Origin: Podarcis pityusensis
Lineage: Eukaryota
DNA length: 64,000 nt
Reading direction: 5' to 3' (one strand)
Assembly: GCA_964106645.2 (NCBI GenBank)
Contig: OZ067046.1
In this document: piece by piece, positions 47,906 to 61,555 of the stretch
How positions within the stretch are numbered: the stretch's first letter is position 1
How the letters are laid out: each line of letters starts with the position of its first letter
Position numbers and translations under genes: made by a program
The notes under the pieces: model-generated
Database searches by the model: none
The model's input: only the letters and a program-made list of their open reading frames with translations
Told to the model about the DNA's origin: nothing

Positions 47906-50900
47906 TGAATAACTGTGGACAAGTGAAGTGACTAAGGTGCGAAAAGGGAAGACCTGAGATAAGAACAAAGTGCTAATCAAGCAGGGAATGGAGCAGAACA
48001 TGAAATGTCTGTTTAGATGAGGAGGTGGAGAAGTACATAAGTAGACATATCATGATTTGGCAACTGATGTGCATCAGGCTGATGTAGTAATGTTGCTTGG
48101 CCAGAAAAATAGTTGGGAAGGAAAAGGAGAGGAATTTTCAGCGAACGAAGTCAGCAGGGCCTTTTTATTTCCTTCAAAGGCATTATTTCCGAAGTACTGC
48201 AAAGGCTACTTTAATTTTGTTATGAGATTAGGGGCTCACTTAAGGTGCAGTGCTTAACTGGGATATACACAGGGACATAATGTTGATGATGCAATACTAT
48301 AGCAACACATTTCTAATTTTCAGTGTTCCATAAAGATTGCTTCCTGAGGCATTACAATTAGGGAAGCTCATACAAGAGAGAATAAATCAATTTCAGGGAT
48401 TAAAACAGGACTGAAATTGATATCAGCAGGGTGTTACTGCTTTATTATGACCAAAGAGACTGTGCGAAAGAAGAGATGAATAAGGAGTTGCAGGAACCTG
48501 GAAGGAAAGCTCAGTTTCACAAAACAAATGAGGCATTGCACTGTCTGCCTTGCTTGTTGACAGGGCTGTTCCAGTGCTGTTCCTCCTCCCATTCTTAGAT
48601 GTTAAGTTGTAATGCTGTCCCTTAATTTTATGGGGTTTCCCCCTGTCAGTGCTTTTATGCTCCCTACATAAAGATGTTTGCTGAAGTGCAGTAGCATACA
48701 GGCTTTTCCTTAATCTGTTTAAGGTTACTCAGCCTATCCCCTACAGTAGAAATAAATGAGTTTTATTGGCTAAGATAAAACCTTTTAATTCTGTTCGCCA
48801 TGGGGGACCAATAAAGTTGAAAGGGATGATACAGATGACTAAAGATGACCTGATTGAAAGCTTTAGGTTTAGTTATGGCGTGACACTTGCTGTCTACTGG
48901 GAATTATACCCAAAGTAGTTTTGGCTTAGAATTAATACAGTACTTCATCTGGTTGAAATCTGGTTAATATTTGGTTGAAATCTTTTGTATGTGGTAGGCA
49001 GATTTTGAAAGGCAGTTACAGCAGAATCCTATTCATGTCTACTCAAAATTAAGTTCCATTGGGTGGTATTCAACTAAGTTTTACTCAGAGTAGACCCATT
49101 GAAATGAATGAACCTAACTTAGTCATGATAATTAATTTAAATGAGTTTTCTATGAGTTAAACTTTTTTCTGGAGGTCCTTCTTCTGCCTTGGTTAAGAGG
49201 AAACCTATTTTGAAGTGCTTCTGCCCATCATTGCCAGTGCATTCATGTAACACAAATAACTCTGGTATGCAAATTGCCCTTATCTCAAGAACAGCCCTAT
49301 ATGGTGGAGACAGACACAATATAGTACTTAGTCTGCCTGCTACTGATCATGCTCAGGAGTTGAAGTGGATCTGTTATTCTGTTTAGCCTAATCAAGCACT
49401 ATTAATAGCTCTTGGATTGGGAGTAATGGGTCCATGATTGTTCAGGCTCTTTGGGAAAATTCATTTTGGCATTAAAGAGCATTTGTTTCCAGCTGAAGGC
49501 AGATTTCCCCTCCCCAATAATTTTCTTTCTTTCGGGTGCCTGAGCACACTCAAATTAAACTCACTGGAAGTCCTTTGATTTCAATGGGTCTATGACATAT
49601 TTTGATATCACACAATGTTTGTACGTTTTTATTTCTGATTGTTTGCAAACCACCCTCAGATATCACCTTATATATCAAAAGCAGCCAATCTAAAGAAAAC
49701 AGCATAAATTCAGCAGCACAGATAGAGCTGGGGGGGGGGGAGGTGGAGTTTTTTTTGCCTGGCACTTAAATAACATCAAATGGATGCCTGATAAGTCTCT
49801 TTGGAGAGCGACTCTCCAAACTCTGGGTTAGCAGTGTTGTCCATCAGGTCCATGCTGCCACCAGCCTGGAGCTCTCCTAAACTAGCTGCAACCACTTCCA
49901 TCCTGGTGAATTCTGCATCACTGCTGTTGCCCCCTCCCCTCATGCACCACTGATGTCACCAAAAAAGCAGTTTCCCTGAAACTTCCCTCCATCTTTCAGA
50001 GGTACTCAGAGAAGAGCCTCTGTTGAGCATATTGGTCTTGAGTGTGTAGACAGGGACAGGTGGTTCTTCAGGTACCCCACTTCAAACTCTTAATTTGATT
50101 TGTGAGAAAATGAAATAAAAGTTGAGAAGGGCCTATGCATTTCTGTCTAATCAATATTTTAATCTAGTAAGAGCTGTAGTATATGTCTCACAATTGGTAA
50201 TATATATTGTTAATAGAAACTTTATACATTTGTTTTGTAAGTCTGAAGTCCAAAAATGTGACACTTTCTTCCTTGATTCATTGCACATTTCTGAACAATG
50301 ATCGGTAATTTCATTGAGAACGTCTGTTGGAAAGCTCAGCATCGTGAAGATAAATTATGATGTTTGCAGGATTTCTGGTGATTATACTTCATCAAAAGTA
50401 ATTATCTGTTTCCTTAGTGACCTTCCTGATCAGTGCTTTCCCTCTTCCCTACCGCATAAAAATAAATAACATCAGATTGCTAGTATAAATAGTTCAGCAT
50501 CATTTTACTGCTGAGTTTGCTCTTTATTTTACTAACAAGCTAAAAGGGAAAAAAATAGTGACCAGGTTTTAGTAAACTAGTATAGAAGCAAGATGCCAAA
50601 ACAGAGGCACAAACTGTCATTGAAAGTAATTATGCTACTTATGAATGAAGAAATCTTACAGGAAGTTGGGTCTTTGGTGCAAATAAGTCTTTACAAAAAT
50701 TGCCCCTCTAGTCACAAAAATAACTAAAATATTTTAAAGAATTCTTTATTTGAAAAAAATAAAAATAAAATTTACACCAGGACATTCAAGCTTGAAGTGT
50801 GCATGTCATGATACAGTTTTTGCTCCTAGCTAAAGGCTAAAGGCACAGAGTTCTTTTGCATGTCCATCTCTTTTGGAGTAGTATATTAGGAGGCTGGATA

Positions 50901-50999
50901 GGTGCCACGGAACCACCCTCCCATTGTTTGCCTGTGTGAGATACCATGTTCTTATAGCCCCAATTATTGGAGCCTTTGGTTGATCTGTTTGACATCCTA

Positions 51000-51165
51000 T
51001 ATCCTTTTAAAATGTGGCTGTTTTCTGGGGTGTGTGTGCGTTATTGGGTTGTTGTTTTTATTCTGATTATATAAGTTGTGATCTTTTCTGTGAACCGCCC
51101 TGAGACCTCCGGGTATAGGGCGGTATATAAACTCAATAAATAATAATAAATAAAATAATAATAAG
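51000..51165 (+). mobile_element. L2-type 3' tail
   Basis: tgtgaaccgccctgagacctccgggtatagggcggtatataaa followed by (AAT/AAAT)n. Confidence 0.65.
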
Positions 51166-52281
51166 GATCAGGTGCACAGTTTGGAGGTGCTCTTAAAACT
51201 GGCTTTGTTCCTGGAAGTTTAGGTGGCAGCTGTAGCTCAGCCTTTTACTAACTTAGGTTGCTGTGGCAACTGTACCACTTCTTGAGTATCATAATCTCTA
51301 AGGAGAGTTATTATTTTGGTGAGTGTATTCTGTGGGTTGCATCTAGCATTGCAACAGAGGAATTCTGCTAGTTCAATAGAACATCTCTTTCTTCTTCTGC
51401 TCCTCCTCCTCTGCAGTGCACCACCAACACCCTGGAACTTATTTTGAGGGGGCAGGGGGAGCTGAAGGGGACAGAAGAGGAAGAGGAGGCTCCATTGTGC
51501 GCATAGAAGTCTGTTGTGCCAGTGGAGTTGATGTGTTTGATACAGCCCTGTGGTGTGTGGTGTTTTTTTAATAAAATGAGTTTTTATGATATATTGTATG
51601 TTGCATTTGATATATTTCAGTGTTATGTATATGGTTTGTTGAATTATTATTAGCAGTAGTGGTTTTGAATGTTGAATTTATTTTGTATTTCCCATATCGA
51701 TTCCTTTGTGTTGTTATTTGTAAACTGCTCAGCGTGTATACATTAACAAAATGCAAATATATACACATGAAACAGGCTGTAGTACATCTTTTCATCACTA
51801 TGGCAATTGTTGAATTAAGCAACAAGTTAGCAATTTTGTATAGCTCACCAATCATATCCTGAAATCCTGATCACTGAAACACCAAAGAGTCTTGTGGCAT
51901 CTTAAAATTTAGCAAATTTTTAGAAAAAAGCCAGAATGTTTTCAAAATAAGCATGTTGACTCTTAAAAGCATTGACAGGTGATAGAACAAGTACATTGGA
52001 CATGCTTATTGTATTTTCCATCTATTCTGTTGTTAGGGGGATCAGTGTGTATATTTTACATATAGGCTAGCTCTATTGAATTGTCAGTCTAAATACATTT
52101 TTCATATCCTTCCCTTCTGACCGCAGTGCTTACTCAGTGCTGACCTCAGTTCAGGATTGATGCATCTAACGAAGAAGATTTTAGTTCACAAAAGCTAATG
52201 CCACAATAAAATTTCTTAAACCTGTTCAGAACCACACCTGCCTTTGGTACCTATGCATTATATAATTACTGCAAGGAAGTA

Positions 52282-52528
52282 CAGTCATACCTCTAGTTGC
52301 ATTAGGTTCAGGTTGCAGATTTTTGGGTTGCGAATGTGGCAAACCCGGAAGTGGGTTTCTGGGTTTCACCACGCGTGCATGCACAGAAGCTTTCTGCATG
52401 CTTCGCACATGCACAGGAGCGCTCTATTGTGTCACATGCATGCGCAGAAGCGGCACTCTACTTACAGACTTTTCAGGGTGCGAATGGCACCCCGGAACGG
52501 ATCACGTCCATAAGCAGAGGTACCACTG
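52282..52528. mobile_element. Tigger-like MITE
   Basis: TA|CAGTCATACCTC...GAGGTACCACTG|TA; internal CCGGAAGT and GCATGCGCA motifs; related to 44317. Confidence 0.85.
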
Positions 52529-55500
52529 TACTTCACACAGGCCCTTCTGCACTTCTTCTTGGTTAGAAGAATGCTTGATGATGTCTTCCTGCAAATAAAA
52601 AGCAATGGAGATTATTGCACAGCCACCAGATTTTTCACACAGATCCTTGTTTTGGATCACCTTTGAAAGTTGGGATGCATTCATCGTATGGTATGCCATA
52701 TGCATGAATATGTCAGTTGCATTGTCTGATACCCTACGATTATAAATGAAATGCCCCTTCAATTTGTCTTATGATGCAGAGAGAAATGTATGTCTCCCAA
52801 CCACTATCAGGGCCAACTGAGCATGATTACACCCCCCCCCCACATAATTCATTGCTAGTGTTATGCAACACATTGTTGTATATGATGGTCTTTCAACTGG
52901 GTCTCTAGTTTTGAAGTCTGTTGGACTTCCTTTGGGGAAACTAGATCAAACCACCCTTTGACTGCAAGATAAACAAACAAAATGAGAACCTGTTGTTGAG
53001 AGCTAATACCTAGAGTATTGGTGTGTGTGTGTTTCTAAACAAGGTGGCTTATACATTTTTAATATAGCTTGAATGATTATGGTGCTAATGAATATGGTTT
53101 CATTGAAATAAAACTGAGCCTTTAGTTCGCTTCAGAATAAGTTGCTGGGTTTGTTCTCTCTGAAGAACAAAGCCAAGATGGTGGGCGGGATTTTGCATGA
53201 CCGTGCCACTTGTCCCATGGGCTTGATAGGCTTTTTCAAAAGATGGAGCTGTATCTATTAACCTAATTAACTAAATTTTAATATGAGCAACTGAATTATC
53301 TCAAGTTCTGCCTCAATTCAAGCCTTAGCTGGAAGTTCAAACAAATAAAATACTGTAAACACTTCCCATACAACATCCATCCTTGGTTTTTTCTCTTTTT
53401 CTTGTTTCTTTATAAATAAGATTAACATTTCCCCCGGGAGTAAGTAAGCTTCTGTTTGGCCTCATTAAATGTACCTTTTGGCCTTTGCTCCCCTGTGGTG
53501 ATGAGAAGCTGTTGGAAAGATTTTGATGGTGATTTGTATGAAGGAAATTTAATTATTATCTACATTTTGTGGAAGCAGCATGCAGGCAGTTTTCCTTTCA
53601 AGAGAGAGTGGAGATGTGTAAAAGTTATATGAATTGTGGGCTTAAGGAGCATAGTTTGCTTTTTTTTAAAAAGTGAATCTAATAACTTTTTGAGATTGAA
53701 GACAACACATTGAAAAGCAGCAACAAATAACAGTCTAGCACACAATATCCCAAATAATTTTGTTGGGCAGGTTATTCATAATTCAGTTGCAAGTGTAGAG
53801 GTTTTGAACTTGTAAACAGCACTGTTTCCCCCTCAACAGCTAAATTTGCAAAAATGGAAGCAAATAGCATTAAGGGTTACTAGATTTTTACTCCCCCAAA
53901 TCTGGGCAACCCTATCTGCATATCATGCAAATGGTTTGCTGATTATTATAAAGATCAGACATGGGTGGCATGGTCAGTATCAGGACAAAACCAGGCCAGG
54001 GTGGCTGTATGGCAGTTCTGCTAGAATTCAGAGTAGCAGGTTTCAGGTCAGTTAACTATGAAATGGTTTTCCATATCATCTCTCTCCCTGTGTAATGCTA
54101 GAGAAATCACATTTCTACCGTAATCCTAAATGTATTTCTGTGGAAGACAAATTTCAGTTCAAAAGAAAGCTTGCTAGGCTTACAGTTGCATTCACATGTC
54201 TTTTAAATTCATTTTTTGTTACTGAATATCAGAGCCTAAAAATACATGCTATCATTGATCCTAAGTGTATTTATAAGGAAGCAAGCTTCACTGAAGTCAA
54301 AAAGTAATCATCTTAAAATCAGGATTCCAAGCCCTTAATGTATTTATAATGTCCCAAGACATAGAGTACAGTGTTGTAACAGTATCAGAACTGACCTGAT
54401 AACACAATTCCTTTCTACTAAACATCTTTCCTACTAAAGGTTGTTCCTTTTTCACACTGAATGTTTGCTATAATATTATCACCTTTACATTACCTTACTG
54501 CACTGGATCATTAACTTTTATAAGGCAATAATTATTAACTGTGCAAAAAACAATTTCCATTTATAGCGTATGTAATTTCAATGCTATCAGATGCTATATT
54601 TTATACATGCTCCATATAAGGAACCTACTTTGGTAATTCTAGGAGAATTGTAAAATACTAAGAAATAATAACACTGGAGGTGGGACACAACTTCTTGCTT
54701 TCATGCAGCGTATCTATACAATGTCAGGGCACCACTGAACATGTTAGCATGCACCTTGCCTCTCAGTTTACTAACATTGGTTTTTCCAGTTGATGGTTGC
54801 TTAAATGTCTCTTGCTGCATGAAAATATGTGTTGTAACTGGATGGGCTTTCCATGTTGGGAGATAAGGCAACTAAAATGGGTGTGAGAGGATTTGGTTCA
54901 GGCCTTCACTATTTTATTATTACTACTGAAATTGTCGAGCTAGCTGTCTTTCTGCCAAGGTGATCAAGGAGAAACACAGGAAAGCCACTTTGATAAGCAT
55001 TGTGGCTAGAAAGTAGTATGTGCTATTATAAATACACATATAGTAAAAACAAAAGCAACAGCAGAAACACATCAGACTCCTCATGGTTCGTGTCATTTTT
55101 CCATAGCATCTAATACATTCTGAAACATTCTAACATGGCACTTAAAAGTTCTACACCTCTGGCAAATCATATGTGTGAACAAGGCCCAAGAATCAACATT
55201 GTGGGAAGGTGTATTTGTAGAAACCCATGCAGAGGGTGGTTGATAGTTTCCTAGATTTGGGAGATGAGGAAAAGTGGAAAATGCTCAGATTTAATTTGTG
55301 CTATGACAAGGACACTTTGAAGCTTAAGACGATTCAGTGAGAGGAATTGGTTAAAGCTGTAAGGAGGAGGCCATTCCAGGACAAATGATTTGCTTTACGA
55401 ATTTTGTATATCATTGCAAATTAATAATGAATTCATAGTACATTTCATAAATGGTCCACTGGTTACCCAATAGTTAGTGTGTTGGACCAGGACTGGAGAA

Positions 55501-55802
55501 ACCCAGGTGTCATAAGTTCACTGAGGTCACTTTGGGTCAGCCACTATCTCTCAACCTCACCTACCTCTATGAGGATAAAATGTAGAAGGAGAGCCATATC
55601 TGTTGCCTTGAGCTCACTGGAGAAAACGTGGGATATAAATCATAAACACATTGATGAAATTGTTTATCTCTGATCTAGAACACATATTGCTAATCACATT
55701 GACAGTGCTAAGTAGATGAATAATGGCTAGGTTTATCCTTCACGTTAACTCAGTCAACAGTTTAAAAGTGTAGCCAAGATGTTCAGCCCTCATGGTATGC
55801 TA

Positions 55803-56158
55803 AAGGTAAAGGTAAAGGGACCCCTGACCATTAGGTCCAGTCGTGACCGACTCTGGGGTTGCGGCACTCATCTTACTTTACTGACCGAGGGAGCCGGCGT
55901 ACAGCTTCCGGGTCATGTGGCCAGCATGACTAAGCCACTTCTGGCGAACCAGAGCAGCGCACAGAAACGCCGTTTACCTTCCCGCCAGAGCGGTACCTAT
56001 TTATCTACTTGCACGTTGATGTGCTTTTGAACTGCTAGGTTGGCAGGAGCAGGGACTGAGCAACGGGAGCTCACTCCGTCGCGGGGATTCAAACCGCTGT
56101 CCTTCTGATCGGCAAGCCCCAGGCTCTGTGGTTTGACCCACAGCGCCACCCGCGTCCC
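55803..56158 (-). mobile_element. Sauria SINE, full length
   Basis: (AAAGGT)n tail on the + strand, head ending cgcgtccc, TSD ATGGTATGCTA / ATGTTATGCTA. CpG-rich, so relatively young. Confidence 0.94.
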
Positions 56159-57593
56159 ATGTTATGCTACTTTCAGTTTTATTTTGGCCATTTTTAATTT
56201 GAAATCATGATCTAAGCATCAGGCCAAGAACATTAGCCTAAATTCCAAACACCTTGGAGCAATTCATTCTCAGAACGCTAGCATGGGCTAGTGGACGATA
56301 AAGACATACAAAAATAGCTTAGACCTAAACTACTGATTTTCAAATTAAACTGGAATGCTATTGGACCTTTTCTGAAATGACTAAATCACAGGCTTCTCCA
56401 TCTTAGTGACATCGTTAAAATTGGAAACATCAAAAATGTCACAGTGTGATGTTGATGTATGAACACATGCTCTAATTTTATTCCGCTTTTAAAAAATGGT
56501 TCCACAAATGACCAGATTAATTTTAAATTACGATGTTCTTGCCACTCTTGTATGCATTCTGCAGTGAATCATGCTGTTTGCTATACACTTTCACATCCCT
56601 CACACAGCAGAGACTTGTAATTTACATTGAATTATTAATTGCATTTCACCACGAAACACATCGGAGATGGAGTTGTGACTAGACAATAGACAAAAGCAAT
56701 TTTTGTACAGTCCAGCAGCAGTTCTACACACACTTATTGTGAGTAAGTTCCAGTGAACTCAGTAAATTTAATTCTGTATAGGATTGTACTACCAGGCCTG
56801 GCATTGTACCATACCAAGTACCGTACCTGAGGTGAACCACAAAATAGCACTCACCCTCCTGTCTACATCAGGAAAAAGGGAGGAAGATCTACATTGGGAA
56901 CAATGGGGGAACCAAATCAACCTTACCCAAAGGTTGAAGTGGGAATCCATGGCCATTGTGGGGGGCGGGGCAGGGAGGAAGGGATCTGTTCTGAAGCAGG
57001 CTAGGCTACTGAACGTGTGGATTTTGGGTGCAAGGACAGCAGGTGAAATACAGTGTCTATTGTTGTAGAGGTTTGGGTTTTTTTTGTCACTGCTTCCCAA
57101 AGGTTGATAGAATTGGAATTTTCATTGTTGTTTTTCTTAATATAGAATTGTGGGGTTTCTGCTATCCTTTCTTTTAATAGTTGGTTGGCCACTAAAATAG
57201 ATTCAGTGACCATGATGGCAAGGTTTGGATTTCATTGCTCAGTTGTAAGGTCACTTCTACTGGAGCATGATCAGTGATCTTGATGTTGCCAATGTTCACT
57301 GATTGCGTGAAGGGAATTAACTGTGGAGTGAGCAGTAAAAAATCTAATCTGGATTGTGAAAAATACTAGCTTGAATGAAACGTAATACTGAAATCATTTG
57401 GATTTTCTTCACTCTATATATTGTATAAGCCCCATTTTTTAAAAAATTGAAGGAATTCATATTCATATTTGTCTTTATCTTTAAAAAAAGTTCCTCCAGG
57501 TGGCACCCTTAATTATTTAGAGAGACTCCTTGCACACATTAAGGTTGACGTCACCCCCAATATGGTTTCTTCCTCAGCAAATTTATTGAATTC

Positions 57594-58472
57594 GCGGTTG
57601 GAGGATGGATGGCGGCTAACAGATTGAGGTTGAATCCTGCCAAGACAGAAGTACTGTTCTTGGGGGACAGGGGGCGGGCTGGTGTGGAGGACTCCCTGGT
57701 CCTGAATGGAGTAACTGTGCCCCTGGTGCGCAGCTTGGGAGTCATTTTGGAGTCACAGCTGTCCATGGAGGTGCAGGTCAATTCTGTGTCCAGGGCAACT
57801 GTCTACCAGCTCCATCTGGTATGCAGGCTGAGACCCTACCTGCCCGTGGACTGTCTCACCAGAGTGGTGCATGCTCTAGTTATCTCCCACTTGGACTACT
57901 GCAATGTGATCTGTGTGGGGCCACCTTAGAAGGTGACTTGAAAACTGCAATTAAACCAGAATGCAGCAGCTAGGCTGGTGACTGGGGCCGGCCACTGAGA
58001 CCACATAACACTGGTCTTGAAAGATCTACATTGGCTCCCAGTACATTTCCGAGCACAATTCAAAGTGTTGGTGATGACCTTTAAAGCCCTAAATGGCCTC
58101 GGCCCTGTATACCTGAAGGAGTGTCTCCACCACCACCGTTCAGCCCAGACACCGAGGTCCAGTGCCGAGGACCTTCTGGCAGTTCCCTCACTGCGAGAAG
58201 TGAGGTTACAGGGAACCAGGCAGAGGGCCTTCTCAGTAGTGGCGTCTGCCCTGTGGAACACCCTCCCATCAGATGTCAAGGAAATAAGCAACTCTCTAAC
58301 TTTTAGAAGACATCTGAAGGCAGCCCTGTTTAGGGAAGTTTTAAATGTTTAATGCTGTATCATGTTTTTAATATTCGGTTGGGAGCCACCCAGAGTGGCT
58401 GGGGAAACCCAGCCAGATGGGCGAGCTATAAATTTATTATTATTATTATTATTGTTATTGTTATTATTATTA
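57594..58472 (+). mobile_element. 5'-truncated L2 LINE (RT C-terminal region, 3' UTR, (TAT)n tail)
   Basis: Peptides WMAANRLRLNPAKTEVL...VHALVISHLDYCN and LKDLHWLPVHFRAQFKVLVMTFKALNGLGP...RAFSVVASALWNTLP, with stops and frameshifts. Confidence 0.92.
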
Positions 58473-60489
58473 AATTACATAAAATGTTTTTAACAAGGTC
58501 AAGTTGTTTCAAGTTTGATGCCTCCTTCCAGCTGCCTGGAGCCTGCCACCATGAGGCCACTGCCTCACTTCTCTCCACAAGTGGACAGACCCTGATAAGG
58601 ATCATGGCTCAGTAGTACAGAAGATGCTTTGCATGCAGAAGGTGCCAAATTCAATCCCCAGCATCCTAAATCTGTATACCCTGGAGAGTGTAGACAATAC
58701 TGAGCTAGACAGGGGAATGGTCTGACTAGGTGTAAAGGAGTTTCTCAAGTCCCTGTGGGACACAAGTGGACATACATTTGCATGCCTTCCTTACATTTAA
58801 GTGGTTCTAAAGCAACAATCATTCCACCATGTGCAACTTTTCCTGTTTTTACACACAGTAGAGAGCTGGTATAATGATACAGAATAATCCCTCCTCAAGT
58901 GTACAGTTGTCTACCATAATCTTGTTCTTTCCCCCCAGTTGATCTGTTTAAAGCAGGTAGCCTACCCTTCAACTTTGACTCATAGTCCTCTGTGTCATCT
59001 GATTTACCCTTAACAGAACCTAATATCTCGCTTGTATTCTATTGCAATGTGCCCCTAAGTTCCATTCCTTAGTATATCTTGAGTGCTTGAGCATAGGCCA
59101 GGCTTTGTGATTGGTAGACTCTGTTATTAAATTGCTTTAAGTGAAGTGTTCCAAAAATGCATTGTGTTGCCTTAAAAAAAATCATAATGAAGAAAAGCTT
59201 TGTTGCTCGTCAGGATTCTTTAGGTGGGGATGGGGGTGGGTGGGAAAGAAGCATTATGGAATAGCTTTCAAAATAATAAGTCCTTCTGAGCTGATTGTAT
59301 GTGTGTAAGTGAGAAAGTGAAAGATAGAAAACATTGGATTGCAATGTGAACTTCCAACATCTATGAGATGTGTTCTGGAAGGAAGGCAATGAAGAAATAG
59401 GTAGCAAAGGAGCTAATAGAAAGAAGTAATTTTTTTTAAAAAGGGTCTAAGAGGTCCATGCACTTGTGAAGTTGATGTGGCTCTTATGTATATTGTACTT
59501 GGGCATATTAACTTACCATTATCTATACATGTGTGTTGAGATGTTTCAAATTATCATAGCAATTTTGTTTCATAAATCCATGTCAATGCATATATATTTC
59601 AATATTGGGCTTAAAAAACTGAATCATTCTTTCAAATAATGTATAATTTGGATAATAAAGCAGGTAGTAAGTACCCAATAATCAAATTCTAACTAAATCT
59701 GCTGAGACCACCACACCATTTATGATGTATGACTTTGCTTCTTTTCTTGCTCTGTGACAAGAATTTCATGGGCTTTTTCAATGTAATTATTGCAATTTAT
59801 TGTGAAGGGTGTGAATGATGAATCTGTGGCAAGTTTAGTACCAGTGTCAGTGGAAAAACTGCAATCAATTCATCATCAAGAAAAAGCAACAACTTCAGCC
59901 TGATATTTTGAAGACAAGCTATAGATCAAGTGGCCAAAATTGATTATTTTCTAATGATAAATATATCCCTTAGCTTAATGTGAGACCACTTAGTGAAGGA
60001 TTTAGAAAATATATTGAATTTTGCACTAACATTTTTTCTGCCTTAAATTCTTTCAATGAAACTATAACCTTTTGGCCATAGTCAGTTTCTATCAGAAGTC
60101 TTTGATCTTGAAGTTGGTGTCCTTAAATTGAACAAGGGATAATAAAATCATATGACTGTTTTAGGTTGCAATTTATAAAACTCACCATCTAATGAGTATG
60201 AAAGATGCATTAATATAATTGCAAAATATTCCTGACTCTCTTATTTCTTTATGTTATATATCATGGTTTTGGCAGCCCATTTTTAGACTTAAATAGGGAG
60301 CTTTGCTCTTATGAGGCAGACATTCTAGTATATGGAAGCTAGAGCTGTTGCTGCATTTTTATTTTTTTTAAAGAAAATCTTGATTTTTCTGTTCTGAGAT
60401 CTTAGACTTCTCAAGGTAGCAAGTGTTCTCTGCTTGAGAGGCTGTCCCTAGAAGCGTTAAGCAACTATCACCCTTGGAATATACTGGTA

Positions 60490-61555
60490 CTGAATATACT
60501 GGTACTGAAACATCCCCAGTTGACCTGACTGATGTCAGAACCAACTCCCCTATAACTCTCTGTGGTTTTTATACCATTGACCACAATGTCCTCCTGGGAC
60601 AGCTCTGCAGACTGGGAGTCAGTGGCATGGTACTACAGAGGTTTTGTTCATATCTATTGGGTCATTTTCAGAGACTGGTGATGGAGGACTACTGTTCAAC
60701 TCTGTGGGAATTATCTTCCAGGATTTGATATTGTTCCGTATGCTATTTAACATCTTTATGAAGCTGCTGGGAGCTATAATTTAGAGAGAGGTGTCATCAG
60801 TATGTGGATGACATTCAGTGCTGTTTTGCTGCTGCATCCTAATCAGGTGTGGCAGTACAGGGACCTGTGCTAGGAAGCCCAATAAATTAAAACTGATTCC
60901 ATACAAGATGGAAGTGTTATGGGTGATGGGTGAACAGGTCTAGGTAAGATGCTCTCTTCTGGATGGGGTTGCAATCCACTTGGAAGAGCAGGTGTGTAGG
61001 TTGAGGACCCTCCTTGATCCAGCTTTGCTACTCAAGGTACAGGGAGCTTCAATGGTGGAGAATGCCTAGGGCCAGCTTGGTTGATGTGCCAGGAAAAAGC
61101 TTGGCTATAGTTATAACATGATCAGGTAGCCTCTAGAATTGACTAATCTAATGCGCTCTGTGTGGGGCTGCCCTTGAAAATGGTTTGAAGATTGTGATAC
61201 AGAATGCAGGAGCTAGAGGTTGATGGGCACTCCTAAGCAGACAGGCATTCTTGGCTGGACTCTTGCTGCCAATTCAGATTCAAGCCCAATTCAAGGTGCT
61301 TTTGCAGAAAAATAAAGTTGTAAATGATTGGGATCTAAGTAGATGAAGGAGCACCTTCCACGCCACCAGTACATTAAGATCTGCAGATCAAACCCGACTG
61401 GTCGTGCAGCTGCTAGATTGACATGTGAAAGGAGGGCTTTCTCTGCAGCAGTGTCCCATCTGTAAATGGCATCCCCTTGGGTGTGTGTCTAGCATCAATG
61501 TTGCTGGCTTTTCATTGGTTGGTGAACATTCATATTTTTGCCCAAGCCTTTGGGA
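60490..61555 (+). mobile_element. Heavily decayed L2 LINE fragment including RT core
   Basis: TIDHNVLLGQL...LGVSG, LFNIFMKLL, HQYVDDIQ (YADD-box remnant), KLKLIPYKME and AQFKVL motifs. Confidence 0.75.

Noticed and set aside
51878-52225. Penelope-like terminal fragments at ~51880-51920 and ~52160-52225
   Set aside because: Too short and degraded to delimit confidently by eye.
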